From an uncultured Porticoccus sp. (GTDB lineage: Bacteria; Pseudomonadota; Gammaproteobacteria; Pseudomonadales; Porticoccaceae): 64,000 bases of DNA. Below the pieces are notes generated by a model that saw only the letters and a list, made by a program, of their open reading frames with translations, did not search any database and was not told the DNA's origin. How positions within the stretch are numbered: the first letter of the stretch is position 1; the number at the start of each line of letters is the position of its first letter. The stretch spans positions 399,216 to 463,215 of the forward strand of contig OX044352.1 of NCBI GenBank assembly GCA_943846655.1, read 5' to 3'. A program made the position numbers and the translations under genes. This document shows, piece by piece, positions 21,525 to 32,291 of this stretch.

Positions 21525-22406
21525 ATGTACAGTTTAAGAATACAATCTTTTAAAGAAAAGTTTACTCTTTATATAAAGCTGATGAGGCTTGATAAGCCAG
21601 TTGGAATTTTATTGCTCCTATGGCCAACTTTGTGGGCTTTATGGCTATCAAGTGACGGCATACCGAGCATAAAAATACTTTTCATTTTTATGCTCGGTGT
21701 AGTAATTATGCGCTCAGCGGGTTGCGTAATAAACGATTTTGCAGATCGAGATATAGATGGTTATGTCAGGCGAACAAATAGTCGCCCTATTCCCAATGGA
21801 GAAATTAGTCCAAGAGAAGCCATTATCATCTTTTTATTCCTTTCAATGTTAGCTTTCTCATTAGTTGCTTTTACAAATACACTTACCTTAAAGCTCTCAT
21901 TTATAGGTGTTTTTTTAGCGGCAATTTATCCATTTATGAAGAGGTATACCAATCTACCTCAGATCTTTTTAGGCGCTGCATTTGCTTGGAGTATACCTAT
22001 GTCTTTTGCAGCTGTGACAAATAAAATAGATGATGGACTGTGGTTTCTATATCTAGCAGTTGTTATTTGGGCGGTAACTTATGATACTTTTTATGCTATG
22101 GCTGACAGGGCAGACGATTTGAAAATTGGCATTAAGTCCACAGCTATACTGTTCGGTGAAATGGATTTACGCATCACTGCATGCTTACAATTATTAGTTC
22201 TGATTCTACTTACTATGACTGGTGAATATTTTCAACGTGGTATATGGTTCTTCATGTCTTTAGTGTGTGTTATTGCTTTGTTTATTTATCAGCAATATAT
22301 AATACGCAACAGGGAAGCTGCTAATTGCTTGAGTGCTTTTGTTAATAACAACTATGTTGGACTAATTATTTTTATCGGTTTGGCCTTGGATTACCAGCTA
22401 TCTTGA
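21525..22406 (+). CDS. ubiA: 4-hydroxybenzoate octaprenyltransferase
   Basis: MRLDKPVG, RSAGCVINDFADRDID, YDTFYAMAD prenyltransferase motifs. Confidence 0.96.
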   Translation: MYSLRIQSFKEKFTLYIKLMRLDKPVGILLLLWPTLWALWLSSDGIPSIKILFIFMLGVVIMRSAGCVINDFADRDIDGYVRRTNSRPIPNGEISPREAIIIFLFLSMLAFSLVAFTNTLTLKLSFIGVFLAAIYPFMKRYTNLPQIFLGAAFAWSIPMSFAAVTNKIDDGLWFLYLAVVIWAVTYDTFYAMADRADDLKIGIKSTAILFGEMDLRITACLQLLVLILLTMTGEYFQRGIWFFMSLVCVIALFIYQQYIIRNREAANCLSAFVNNNYVGLIIFIGLALDYQLS

Positions 22407-22480
22407 TAAATGATTTACCATAGTAATTATTTTGTGGGGGCGATCAAGAAATACTACATTTAATTTAGAGTGGTTATACT

Positions 22481-23191
22481 ATGATTGATAAGACTATCCT
22501 AGTTGTAGATGACGAAGCTTCGATACGTGAGATGATTACAACATCACTTGAAATTGCAGGATTTAATGTTTTGCAAGCCGAAAATGCTAAGAATGCTCAC
22601 GTAATAATTTTAGAAAAAAAACCAGATTTAATTTTGCTTGATTGGATGATGCCGGAAACTTCAGGAATTGAGCTTATGAGGCGCTTGAAAAGAGATGATA
22701 TAACAAAAAATATTCCAATTATAATGCTCACTGCACGAATCACAGAAGACAATATAGTACAGGGTTTAGAGTCAGGGGCTGATGATTATATATCGAAACC
22801 GTTCTCAGCAAAAAATTTAAAAGCTAGAATCAAGGCAATATTGAGACGTTTCGAAGCTGAAGGTGCTGAGCAAATAATAGAGATCGGTCAATTAAAATTT
22901 GATCCCATCAGTCATCATGTGACTATATCTAATCAAGTCATCAATCTTGGACCTACAGAATTTAAATTATTAAAATTTTTTTTAACGCATCAAAACAGAG
23001 TATTTACACGTGACCAGATATTAAACCATGTATGGGGACAAAATGTATATCTGGATGAGAGGACAATTGATGTGCATATCCGGCGACTCCGTAAAGCAAT
23101 CATGGTCGATAAGCATGATTGCTTAATACAAACTATTAGGGGTTCTGGCTATCGCTTTTCTGCTAATATCACCCAACAAAGTGAGGTTTGA
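22481..23191 (+). CDS. phoB: Phosphate regulon response regulator PhoB
   Basis: LLDWMMP receiver, GADDYISKPFS, GPTEFKLL, ERTIDVHIRRLRK; followed by phoR and near pst/phoU. Confidence 0.95.
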   Translation: MIDKTILVVDDEASIREMITTSLEIAGFNVLQAENAKNAHVIILEKKPDLILLDWMMPETSGIELMRRLKRDDITKNIPIIMLTARITEDNIVQGLESGADDYISKPFSAKNLKARIKAILRRFEAEGAEQIIEIGQLKFDPISHHVTISNQVINLGPTEFKLLKFFLTHQNRVFTRDQILNHVWGQNVYLDERTIDVHIRRLRKAIMVDKHDCLIQTIRGSGYRFSANITQQSEV

Positions 23192-23194
23192 ATT

Positions 23195-24505
23195 TTGCGT
23201 AGAGGACTGGAAACAGAAATACAAGTAATCTCGCTGTTATCTCTTCTAGCATTAATTATTGGTCTTGCGAATGACTTTTTAGTTTACACAATGTTAATAG
23301 TTTTTTTTCTATATCTTATCTGGGTATTTATAAATTTTTTAAAAGTATATAGATGGATTGAAGCCGACTGTAAATTGGCACCTCCAGATGTGACTGGTAT
23401 CTCTGCAGATATGGCAAACAGCTTGTATCGTATGCAACAAAGAAACATAAGAACGGATAGAAGGCGCAAAAATCTATCTGATCGAGTTGGTCAAGTAACC
23501 TCTGCCCTTCCAGACGCTATAGCCACTCTTTCATCTGAGAGGGTATTACAGTGGTGGAATCCCTCTGCTATAAAAATACTGGGCTTTAAGAACAGTGACA
23601 AAGGTCAATCTATAGTTAATATAGTTCGCGATCCAAGATTTATAGCCTTCATTGAAAAGCCAGATATCTCAACACAACTTGAGTTGAAGGCAGCACATGA
23701 TCAAAGCCGAACTGTTATATTTAGTGCTACTACATTTGGCGAAGGCGAGATAATTTTGGTTGCACGAGATATAACTCGACTTAAACATTTGGAACAAATG
23801 CGGCAAGATTTCTTAGCAAATATATCTCATGAGTTACGAACGCCGCTAACAGTTTTATCCGGCTATACAGAAACTCTGATGGATAATACCAAGAGTGTAC
23901 CAAATACTTGGGTTAAAGCGTTATCCCAAATACAAGAGCAAACGAATCGGATGATTTATTTAGCTGATGATTTAGTAATGCTCTCACAGCTTGAATCAAC
24001 CACCGTGCCTGTTCCAAAAACACCTATTGACTTAGAAAAACTGCTATTGCAGGTTCATAATGACGCTAAAATTATTAGTGAGAATATTTTTCCTGGGAAA
24101 CCAAATATAATATCACTTGATTTAGAGCAAAATATTCAACTCACGGGAGACCAAAAAGAATTATATAGTGCATTTTCCAATTTAGTTTTAAATGCTATCA
24201 AGCACAATCCTATTGGAACATCAATTGATATAAGAGCCTATAATGCAGATAACTCTGTTGTAGTAGAAATTTCTGACGATGGTTGCGGTATAGATTCCCA
24301 GCATATTTCTAGACTGACAGAGCGTTTTTATCGCGTTGACCAAAGCCGCTCTACAGAAACTGGTGGTACTGGACTAGGGCTTGCAATAGTAAAACATGTT
24401 TTAATTCGACATAGTGGAGTACTAAAAATAAAAAGTAAGGTTCGTGAAGGCACTTCCTTTCAATGTAAGTTTTCAGAAAAACATCATTTAAGTAGTAAGA
24501 GTTAG
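23195..24505 (+). CDS. phoR: Phosphate regulon sensor histidine kinase PhoR
   Basis: N-terminal TM, PAS region, NISHELRTPLT, NLVLNAIK, DDGCGI, RLTERFYRVD..GGTGLGLAIVKH. Confidence 0.95.
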   Translation: MRRGLETEIQVISLLSLLALIIGLANDFLVYTMLIVFFLYLIWVFINFLKVYRWIEADCKLAPPDVTGISADMANSLYRMQQRNIRTDRRRKNLSDRVGQVTSALPDAIATLSSERVLQWWNPSAIKILGFKNSDKGQSIVNIVRDPRFIAFIEKPDISTQLELKAAHDQSRTVIFSATTFGEGEIILVARDITRLKHLEQMRQDFLANISHELRTPLTVLSGYTETLMDNTKSVPNTWVKALSQIQEQTNRMIYLADDLVMLSQLESTTVPVPKTPIDLEKLLLQVHNDAKIISENIFPGKPNIISLDLEQNIQLTGDQKELYSAFSNLVLNAIKHNPIGTSIDIRAYNADNSVVVEISDDGCGIDSQHISRLTERFYRVDQSRSTETGGTGLGLAIVKHVLIRHSGVLKIKSKVREGTSFQCKFSEKHHLSSKS

Positions 24506-24508
24506 TAC

Positions 24509-25648
24509 TTGAAAATAAAAATATTACAGTCAATTGATGAGTGTTCTTCAAAGATTTGGGACTCGTTGTTCAGCACTGATTATCCATTTCTTAAACATGC
24601 TTTTATTTCTTTACTGGAATCTTCTGGAAGTGTATGTGATAGAACTGGGTGGACTCCCAAGCATATTTTATTAGAACAGGACGGTGTTCCAGTTGCAGCT
24701 ATGCCTCTTTATTTAAAAAATCACTCATCTGGAGAATATGTGTTTGACCATTCTTGGGCAAATGCATATCACCAGCATGGTATCCAATATTATCCTAAGC
24801 TAGTTACTGCAATACCGTTCACTCCTGTAACTGGCCCTCGCATAGGTATTGCTGACGGAATAAATCCGGATTTAATTGAACTAGTGCTCTTAAAAAATAT
24901 AAAGTCTCTTGCAAAAAAATGGGGGGCTTCCAGCTGGCACATACTATTTCCGCGATATAGGCTACTGAATGGTGTTTTTTCGCAGTCGTTAATGAAGCGT
25001 GTTGGGGTGCAATACCACTGGAAGAACCATAATTATAGCGATTTCGATGATTTTACAAGCACGTTCGCATCAAGAAAAAGAAAAAATCTTTTAAAAGAAC
25101 GACGAAAATCCTCTGAAAATATTAATGTTACCCGTCTGGTAGGAGAAGAGATTACAGCGGATTGGTGGGAATTTATGTGCTCGGTGTATCATCAGACATA
25201 CCTAAAAAGAAACGGTACACATGGGTACCTCACACAAAAATTTTTTGAGAATATTGGAAATGTTCTAGGATCCCAAATAATGCTATCTGTAGCAGAGAAA
25301 AAGGGTAGTAGCGATGGGGGAAAAATCGCTTCAGCATTATTCTTTTTTGATGATAATGGTCTTTATGGACGTTACTGGGGATGTAATGCAGAATATGAAT
25401 TTCTTCATTTCGAACTTTGTTATCATCAAGGCATAGAGTTTTCGATCGAAAAGAACTTATCTTATTTTGATGCGGGTGCTCAAGGTGAGCATAAAATTTC
25501 AAGGGGGTTTGTACCAATAGAAGTCTATTCTGCTCATTGGATTGAACATCCAGATTTTTCGGATGCAATACAAAAATTTTTAAATCAAGAAGAAGTTCAT
25601 ATCAAGGAATACATAAATCTTGCTTCTAATAAACTTCCTTATAAGTAA
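24509..25648 (+). CDS. GNAT-fold / FemAB-like protein (DUF482/COG3146 type)
   Basis: HSSGEYVFDHSWA, YPKLVTAIPFTPVTG, LYGRYWG, LHFELCYHQGIE, GAQGEHKISRGF motifs. Confidence 0.88.
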   Translation: MKIKILQSIDECSSKIWDSLFSTDYPFLKHAFISLLESSGSVCDRTGWTPKHILLEQDGVPVAAMPLYLKNHSSGEYVFDHSWANAYHQHGIQYYPKLVTAIPFTPVTGPRIGIADGINPDLIELVLLKNIKSLAKKWGASSWHILFPRYRLLNGVFSQSLMKRVGVQYHWKNHNYSDFDDFTSTFASRKRKNLLKERRKSSENINVTRLVGEEITADWWEFMCSVYHQTYLKRNGTHGYLTQKFFENIGNVLGSQIMLSVAEKKGSSDGGKIASALFFFDDNGLYGRYWGCNAEYEFLHFELCYHQGIEFSIEKNLSYFDAGAQGEHKISRGFVPIEVYSAHWIEHPDFSDAIQKFLNQEEVHIKEYINLASNKLPYK

Positions 25649-25658
25649 TTTAATTTTG

Positions 25659-26258
25659 TTACACACGTTTCCATACTAATAGCTGGTTATTTGCGGGCAT
25701 GGGATAATCCTCTATTAATTTTAACCCTGCACCAGCTGCTAGTTCATCCAGTGCCTCAAAATCTCTTATGCCCTGATGAGAGTGGTTATTTTTAAGGATA
25801 AGGTCAAATTCCTGATTGCTTTGACTTGTAAATTTTCCACCATACTTAAATGGCCCATAGATAACAAAAATTCCACCGGGGGCTAGTATAGTATGAAGGC
25901 GTCCAAAAAAATTAGCTAAAGATGACCAAGTTATAATATGACAAGTGTTTGCTGTAAATAATCCGTCAACTAAGCTAGTTGTCCATTGCGTAGAGTTAGC
26001 ATCAAACACTAATGGGCTCCGCACATTTGAGGCTGAACTGCTCTCAATCCAAGCATTGATAGTGCCATGGTTACATGGAAGATCTGACGCATGCCAAACA
26101 AGATGTGGAAGATTTGAGGAAAAAAAAACTGCGTGTTGCCCAGTGCCACTACCAATCTCTAATACATTAGATGTATTAGAAAAGATTTTAATAAGTCGAT
26201 TTAATATCGGTTGACGGTTGTTCTCGCAGGCTTTGGAGAATGTTTTTTTTAACGCCAT
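25659..26258 (-). CDS. DUF938 family SAM-dependent methyltransferase
   Basis: FSKACENN, VLEIGSGTGQH, YGPFKYGG..SNQEFD, GIRD, MPANN. Start moved from the track's 26345 to ATG 26258, just after the yaaA stop. Confidence 0.9.
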   Translation of the reverse strand: MALKKTFSKACENNRQPILNRLIKIFSNTSNVLEIGSGTGQHAVFFSSNLPHLVWHASDLPCNHGTINAWIESSSASNVRSPLVFDANSTQWTTSLVDGLFTANTCHIITWSSLANFFGRLHTILAPGGIFVIYGPFKYGGKFTSQSNQEFDLILKNNHSHQGIRDFEALDELAAGAGLKLIEDYPMPANNQLLVWKRV

Positions 26259-26265
26259 GTAGTAT

Positions 26266-27042
26266 TTATTCCATCGCTTTTCTTGTAAAAATCCATTCGT
26301 TTTTTGTTGATTCAGAACTATCGAACTTATACCCACCCGTATCAAACGATTTTATTTCCTCAGGATCTTGAATTTGACGCTGTATAATATAACGGCTCAT
26401 CATACCTCTAGCTTTTTTCGCAAAAAAACTAATAATTTTGTATTTATCGTTTTTCCAGTCTTTGAATACAGGAGTCACTATTCTTGCATCAAGGGAATCT
26501 GATTTGATCGCTTTGAAATATTCTTTGGAAGCTAAATTAATAACCACGCCACAATTATCTTTATGGAGTGTTTGGTTAAGTTTACTCGTAATCTTATTCC
26601 CCCAAAATTCATATAAATCTTTACCTCGAGTCGTTTTGAAATTGGTTCCCATTTCTAATCGATAAGGTTGCATTAAATCCAAAGGACGCAGCAAGCCATA
26701 TAGGCCTGATAATATTCTTAGATGATTTTGTGCCCAATTAAGTTCTTTTGACGAGAGACTTTCAACATCAAGGCCGGTATAGACATCGCCCTTGAAGGCT
26801 AAAACTGCTTGTTTAGCGTTATCAAAATTAGGTTCTGAATCCCAACTTAAATACCGTGAAAAATTAATATTCCCTAATTTTTCACTAATTTTCATTAAAT
26901 TAGAAATTTCTTGTGGGTTCAGTTGCTTTAGCTGGTCGATGAGCTCGGCCGAGTCACTGATAAACATCGGTATACTAAAATCAATGGTTGCCGAGGGTGT
27001 AATATAATCCAAAGTTTTTGCGGGGGAAATGATAACCAGCAT
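26266..27042 (-). CDS. yaaA: Peroxide stress protein YaaA
   Basis: IISPAKTLD, AFKGDVY, LRILSGLYGLLRPLD..YRLEMG, ISFFAKKARG. Confidence 0.96.
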   Translation of the reverse strand: MLVIISPAKTLDYITPSATIDFSIPMFISDSAELIDQLKQLNPQEISNLMKISEKLGNINFSRYLSWDSEPNFDNAKQAVLAFKGDVYTGLDVESLSSKELNWAQNHLRILSGLYGLLRPLDLMQPYRLEMGTNFKTTRGKDLYEFWGNKITSKLNQTLHKDNCGVVINLASKEYFKAIKSDSLDARIVTPVFKDWKNDKYKIISFFAKKARGMMSRYIIQRQIQDPEEIKSFDTGGYKFDSSESTKNEWIFTRKAME

Positions 27043-27073
27043 AAAAAAACCTATATCACCTAATCAAGTTAAA

Positions 27074-27742
27074 TTACTCATTTTCCGAACTGAGCTTGAA
27101 ACGATCGTTGATTCTGTCAATTGCCTGTGTGTACTGAATCTTCAGATCTTCAGCACTAGAAATATTCATATCAAGATCACTGAGTAATCCATCTGTCATG
27201 CTATAAATCCATCCATGTATCGTAACTTTTTGACCTTGAGACCAAGCATCTGAAACGATACTAGTTTTTGATACGTTGGCTACCTGTTCAATAACATTTA
27301 ATTCACATAGCTGATCAATAATTCTTTCTTGGGTATTTTCTTTTTCTATGCTGGCACGATGCAGGTTTTGTACATTATCTACATTGAGCAACCAGTTATC
27401 AACTAGTGTTCCGAGCTTTTGATTTTTTACAGATGCAGTTATGCCTCCACAACCATAATGACCACAAACAATTACATGCTTAACCTTCAAATCTGTAATA
27501 GCGTACTGAATTACAGATAAACAATTAAGGTCATCATGAACTACTAGATTGGCAACATTTCTATGAACGAAGAGCTCGCCTGGCATCAAGCCAATGATTT
27601 CATTAGCCGGTACTCTGCTATCTGAGCACCCGATCCATAAATAATCTGGCGCATGTTGCAAAGAAAGTCTTTGAAAAAAAGCAGGGTCATTTTTTTTTAC
27701 TTTTTGTGCCCATGCTATATTGTTGATAAATAACTCTTTCAC
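27074..27742 (-). CDS. can: Beta-class carbonic anhydrase
   Basis: WIGCSDSRVP, FVHRNVAN, VCGHYGCGG zinc-ligand motifs. Confidence 0.95.
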   Translation of the reverse strand: MKELFINNIAWAQKVKKNDPAFFQRLSLQHAPDYLWIGCSDSRVPANEIIGLMPGELFVHRNVANLVVHDDLNCLSVIQYAITDLKVKHVIVCGHYGCGGITASVKNQKLGTLVDNWLLNVDNVQNLHRASIEKENTQERIIDQLCELNVIEQVANVSKTSIVSDAWSQGQKVTIHGWIYSMTDGLLSDLDMNISSAEDLKIQYTQAIDRINDRFKLSSENE

Positions 27743-27900
27743 TGATAAAGCTCCAAGTTTTAATTGTCAGTATCATAACTCAAATCCACAGAAAATTGAC
27801 ATAAGATAATTGGGACCTTACGAGTGCAACAAAGAACCTTTTAATGAAACACTAAAAATATAGTTAAAAAACTATTTCATATATAGCGAAATCGTTGAGA

Positions 27901-28590
27901 TTATCTTATATCTCTACCTTGAACAAGATACACTACTTGTTCACAAATATTCTTGGCGTGGTCACCCACACGCTCAAGTGACTTGAGCACCCAAAGAACG
28001 TTCATAGAGCGTGATATGCTTCGTGGGTCTTCCATCATAAAAGTAATTGTTTCACGTATAGCAGTTCTGTAGTCTTTATCCACCTGCTCATCTTGAAGCA
28101 TAGTTGAAATTGCAGAGTCAGCATCAAATCTTGAAAATGCATCTAGACAATCTCTAAGCATTTTACGAACACAGCTTCCGATATGTCTTACTTCTTGATA
28201 GCCACGTGGATGGCCTTCCTCAGTCAATTTAATAGCCATTTTTGCAATTTTTTGAGCTTCATCTCCAATACGCTCTAGGTCTCTTATTGTTTTACTAACT
28301 GCCATTACTAAGCGTAAATCTGTAGCAGCAGGTTGTCGGCGGGCAATAAGGGTTATGCATGTCTCATCGATGTCTTTTTCCATCTCATCAATTTTGTTTT
28401 CAGTTGAAATAATATGTTCAGCAAGCTTACTATCTGCGTTTATAACTGACGCGATAGAATCTTCAAGCTGTTTCTCTACTAAACCACCCATAGCAAGCAT
28501 GGCTGTTTTGATGTCCTCGAGATCTTCGTTAAATTTTTTTGAAATGTGTTTATCCAGCTTTAAATTATCCATAACTATTTTAGAACTCAT
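27901..28590 (-). CDS. phoU: Phosphate signalling protein PhoU
   Basis: MGGLVEKQ, ARRQPAATDLR, DLERIGD, LERVGDHAKNI. Confidence 0.96.
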   Translation of the reverse strand: MSSKIVMDNLKLDKHISKKFNEDLEDIKTAMLAMGGLVEKQLEDSIASVINADSKLAEHIISTENKIDEMEKDIDETCITLIARRQPAATDLRLVMAVSKTIRDLERIGDEAQKIAKMAIKLTEEGHPRGYQEVRHIGSCVRKMLRDCLDAFSRFDADSAISTMLQDEQVDKDYRTAIRETITFMMEDPRSISRSMNVLWVLKSLERVGDHAKNICEQVVYLVQGRDIR

Positions 28591-28623
28591 TATTATTACC
28601 CTCCAAATTAAAGAGTCTACCCA

Positions 28624-29451
28624 TCAACCAATACGGCCAGTTATATATGATTCTGTTAACTGATGTGTTGGCGCGGTAAATATTTTTTCTGTATCGTTAA
28701 CTTCCACCAAGCGCCCCAAGTGAAAGTATGCCGTTCGATTCGAAACTCGAGCTGCCTGTTGCATGGAATGAGTTACTATAGCTATAGTGTAATTTTCTGA
28801 TAACTCGGCGATCAGTTCCTCTATTTTTGCAGAAGCAATCGGATCCAGTGCAGAGCACGGTTCATCCATCAAAATAACCTCTGGACTTATTGCAATTGCT
28901 CTTGCTATACATAGTCTTTGTTGTTGACCACCTGAAAAACCTGTACCAGGTTGATCAAGACGATCCTTTACCTCCCCCCACAAGCCGGCTCTAGTGAGGC
29001 TTTTCTCAACAATTTCATCTATTTCGGCGCGACTGCTAACCAGTCCATGTAATTTTGGTCCATATGCGACATTATCATAAATTGATTTAGGAAAAGGATT
29101 AGGTTTTTGAAAAACAATGCCTACTTGTGCTCTCAATGCAACAGGATCCATTGAATTTGAATATATATTTTGGTCGTCTAAAGTAATCGTTCCAGCAACC
29201 TTACAGCTCTCAATAGTGTCATTCATCCTATTTAAACACCTTAGAAATGTAGATTTACCGCAGCCTGAAGGCCCAATCATTGCGATTACTTCGTGTTTTC
29301 CAATATCCAAGGATAAATCAAATATAGCCTGTTTATCATTATAAGAAACATTAAGGTTTCTAACAGACATTTTTGGATTCTCTATTAATGGCACACCAAC
29401 TGTTTCTTCTGGATAATCAGCTTCTTTACCGTGGTTTTTAATTATACTCAT
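28624..29451 (-). CDS. pstB: Phosphate ABC transporter ATPase
   Basis: [48 protein letters not shown]. Confidence 0.96.
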   Translation of the reverse strand: MSIIKNHGKEADYPEETVGVPLIENPKMSVRNLNVSYNDKQAIFDLSLDIGKHEVIAMIGPSGCGKSTFLRCLNRMNDTIESCKVAGTITLDDQNIYSNSMDPVALRAQVGIVFQKPNPFPKSIYDNVAYGPKLHGLVSSRAEIDEIVEKSLTRAGLWGEVKDRLDQPGTGFSGGQQQRLCIARAIAISPEVILMDEPCSALDPIASAKIEELIAELSENYTIAIVTHSMQQAARVSNRTAYFHLGRLVEVNDTEKIFTAPTHQLTESYITGRIG

Positions 29452-29466
29452 AATAATTTTTAATCC

Positions 29467-30759
29467 CTACATCCATCGACGCTCAAGGCGTTTGCGCAAA
29501 ACTACAGCTACTGTATTCATTATTACCAAAAATGCCAGCAATACCATGATCGCAGCTGATGTTTTTTCTACAAAAGCTCTCTCTGGGCTGTCTGCCCAAA
29601 GAAAAATCTGAACAGGTAATGCTGTTGCAGGATCATTAAATCCCGTTGGAACGTCTACAATAAACGCCACCATGCCAATCATCAATAAAGGAGCTGTTTC
29701 ACCCAAAGCTCTTGCCATTCCGATTATTGCTCCTGTTAGCATTCCAGGCATTGCTAGAGGTAACACATGATGCAAGACAACTTGCATAGGAGAAGCGCCC
29801 ACTCCGATGGCAGCCTCACGTATTGACGGCGGAACTGACTTAATAGCTGCTCTGCTTGAAATAATTATTGTTGGTAAAGTCATCAATGTTAGAACTAAAC
29901 CACCCACTAGTGGTACTGAACGAGGTACATCGAAAAAATTAATGAAAACTGCTAAGCCTAATAATCCAAAAATTATAGATGGAACAGCTGCAAGATTATT
30001 AATATTGACTTCGATGAAATTAGTCCATCTATTACGAAGTGCAAATTCTTCGAGATAGACTGCAGCGGCAACACCCAACGGAAAAGCAAGAATTATCGTA
30101 ATAAGTAGTGTATAAAAAGAACCCATCGCAGCTCCATATATTCCTGCTAGCTCTGGCTCTCGAGAATCTCCCTTGGAAAAGAAATTTGTGTTAAAGCGTG
30201 TCTCTACTTCGCCAGATTCAATTAAGCTTTGCAGCCAAGTCTCCTTATTCTCTGTCATCCTTCCTTTGAAAGGACCATCTTTATTGTTAAGACTCTTAAA
30301 ATAAGTATCTATATCATCATCGGCTATTAGCCACATGTTGGCTGTAGTGTTTAATAGGTTCGGATTTTCTTTCAATTGGTCACGTAAAGTATAGCCAGCT
30401 CCGTTGCTTAATATACTGTAGAGCTCTCGTTTATTTTTGCGGCCATTAACATCAGTAAATCTGTCTCTTAAGCCAGCCTTCACAGCGCCATGGAAATCAC
30501 CTAAAGCCATTTGAGAAAGATCGCTTACGTCACTTACACCCAAAACATCCTCATCATAAGTTACGTTAAGATTAATATAAGTTAACTGAAAAGCCTTGTA
30601 CCCTTTGCTGGTGATATCAGAAAATAAAAAGAGAACACACATTAATCCAAATGTAATAGCAGTTGCACCGTATAATCGAAAACGAGTTTCTGCACGATGA
30701 CGTTTTTTTAAGCCTGACCGAATTTTTTCTTGACGCGCTGCTGTAGAGAGACTAGTCAT
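29467..30759 (-). CDS. pstA: Phosphate ABC transporter permease PstA (long N-terminal extension, DUF3333-like)
   Basis: INNLAAVPSIIFG, ARALGETAPL, LPVQIFLWADSPE; 430 aa. Confidence 0.93.
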   Translation of the reverse strand: MTSLSTAARQEKIRSGLKKRHRAETRFRLYGATAITFGLMCVLFLFSDITSKGYKAFQLTYINLNVTYDEDVLGVSDVSDLSQMALGDFHGAVKAGLRDRFTDVNGRKNKRELYSILSNGAGYTLRDQLKENPNLLNTTANMWLIADDDIDTYFKSLNNKDGPFKGRMTENKETWLQSLIESGEVETRFNTNFFSKGDSREPELAGIYGAAMGSFYTLLITIILAFPLGVAAAVYLEEFALRNRWTNFIEVNINNLAAVPSIIFGLLGLAVFINFFDVPRSVPLVGGLVLTLMTLPTIIISSRAAIKSVPPSIREAAIGVGASPMQVVLHHVLPLAMPGMLTGAIIGMARALGETAPLLMIGMVAFIVDVPTGFNDPATALPVQIFLWADSPERAFVEKTSAAIMVLLAFLVIMNTVAVVLRKRLERRWM

Positions 30760-32140
30760 ATTGCTCCCTATATTTATTCACAATACGCAGTGCTAGAAAA
30801 TTCAATATCAAGGTTACAACGAATAACATTAACCCCAAGGCAAAAGCTGCAAGTGTTTTAGGGCTATCGAACTCTTGATCTCCAACTAGCAAGGTAACAA
30901 TTTGTACTGTCACTGTGGTTACAGTTTCAAGTGGGTTAATGGTCATTTTTGCAGCTAAACCTGCTGCCATGACTACAATCATTGTTTCTCCGATAGCGCG
31001 AGAAACTGCAAGCAAAACTCCTCCAACTATTCCAGGCAATGCAGCTGGAAAAATGACTTTTTTAATTGTCTCAGATTTGGTTGCCCCCAAGCCTAAAGAG
31101 CCATCTCTGAGACTTTGTGGAACTGCAGTTATAACATCATCTGCTAGAGAAGAGACAAATGGTATTATCATTACCCCCATTACAAGCCCGGCAGACAGAG
31201 CGCTTTCTGACGATATTTCTAATCCAATAGTTGCGCCATACTCACGTAAAAAGGGAGTGACAGTTAAAGCTGCGAAAAATCCATATACTACTGTTGGAAT
31301 TCCTGCCAAAATTTCAAGTACTGGCTTAGCAAAATTTCTTACTACAGGTTTAGCGTATTCTGCTAGATAAATCGCAGACATTAAGCCAGCGGGAACTGCT
31401 ATACACATTGCAATAAAAGAAATTAAGAGGGTGCCCACAAATAGTGGTATGGCACCAAAACTTCCAGTTGATCCAACTTGATCTGAGCGAATAGCCATTT
31501 GTGGACTCCACTCAGTGCCTAATAAAAAGTCACTTGCCGGCACTAGCTGAAAAAACCTTATTGCCTCAAATAATACTGAAAGAATAATACCTAGCGTAGC
31601 AAGAATAGCTAAACAAGCCGCGATCAGGAGTGTCCATTTAAACATTTTTTCAACCATCTGCCTGGCATGCAATTTAGGTGAAACTTTTATCCAAGCAAAG
31701 GACATAAAAAAAATAGAAACGGATAATATTAATATAGTTAGTAATTTTTGGGCTGTATTATTTAGCTGATCTAGTATTTTTGAAGCAGACACCAAATTTG
31801 GGTCAGCAAATTGTGGATCTAGGGAGCCACTTGATATATTTTCTATACTGTTTATCAACAGATTATGTTGATCAGTATTGGTTGGCTTGACGCTATCTGG
31901 CAAGTTGCTTAGGACTATTGTGCTAATTATGTGATTATCAAACAAAGACCATATAATTAATAATGCTAATGCAGGTAAGGCGCACCATATTGCTGCACGC
32001 ATACCATAAAAAAAGGGTAGTGACGCCAGCTGCTGAATGCCGCCGAGAGGTTTTGCCATACTTAAAGCTTTTACGCGTGATGCATAAAATGCTATCAAGC
32101 TAAGTCCAAGCACAGCTAGAATTAAAGAACCAAATCCCAT
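30752..32140 (-). CDS. pstC: Phosphate ABC transporter permease PstC (extra N-terminal membrane domain, DUF3708-like)
   Basis: LEILAGIPTVVYG, SRAIGETMIV, GDQEFDSPKT; 462 aa. Confidence 0.93.
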   Translation of the reverse strand: MGFGSLILAVLGLSLIAFYASRVKALSMAKPLGGIQQLASLPFFYGMRAAIWCALPALALLIIWSLFDNHIISTIVLSNLPDSVKPTNTDQHNLLINSIENISSGSLDPQFADPNLVSASKILDQLNNTAQKLLTILILSVSIFFMSFAWIKVSPKLHARQMVEKMFKWTLLIAACLAILATLGIILSVLFEAIRFFQLVPASDFLLGTEWSPQMAIRSDQVGSTGSFGAIPLFVGTLLISFIAMCIAVPAGLMSAIYLAEYAKPVVRNFAKPVLEILAGIPTVVYGFFAALTVTPFLREYGATIGLEISSESALSAGLVMGVMIIPFVSSLADDVITAVPQSLRDGSLGLGATKSETIKKVIFPAALPGIVGGVLLAVSRAIGETMIVVMAAGLAAKMTINPLETVTTVTVQIVTLLVGDQEFDSPKTLAAFALGLMLFVVTLILNFLALRIVNKYREQYD

Positions 32141-32168
32141 TACATAAATTCCTTCATATTTCGAAATT

Positions 32169-32199
32169 GAAAACGGCTCATGAGTATACTCACAAGCCG
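32169..32199 (-). terminator. Intrinsic terminator / stabilising hairpin between pstS and pstC
   Basis: Minus strand CGGCTTGTGAG-TATA-CTCATGAGCCG (11-bp stem with two G-U pairs, 32174-32199) followed by TTTTC. Confidence 0.65.
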
Positions 32200-32291
32200 G
32201 ATATTATCATAATAATAAGCAAATTTTTTTTGCAATCTCTCTGAGAAATATCTCAGCAGACTATAACGAAGGGGTGGGCAAGAGATTCTAG

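Noticed and set aside
26259-26345. Apparent 80-nt overlap of yaaA and the DUF938 gene, and similar overlaps at dctM, glyS, plsC and parB
   Set aside because: Artefacts of longest-ORF start choice; downstream ATGs give normal family N-termini with little or no overlap.
27775-27810. Weak Pho-box-like ATGTCAA-TTTT-CTGTGGA upstream of can
   Set aside because: Only 5/7 and 4/7 half-site matches and wrong spacing to the candidate -10.
28925-28945. PstB signature reads FSGGQ instead of LSGGQ
   Set aside because: FSGGQ occurs in functional ABC ATPases and needs only one base change; other motifs are intact.
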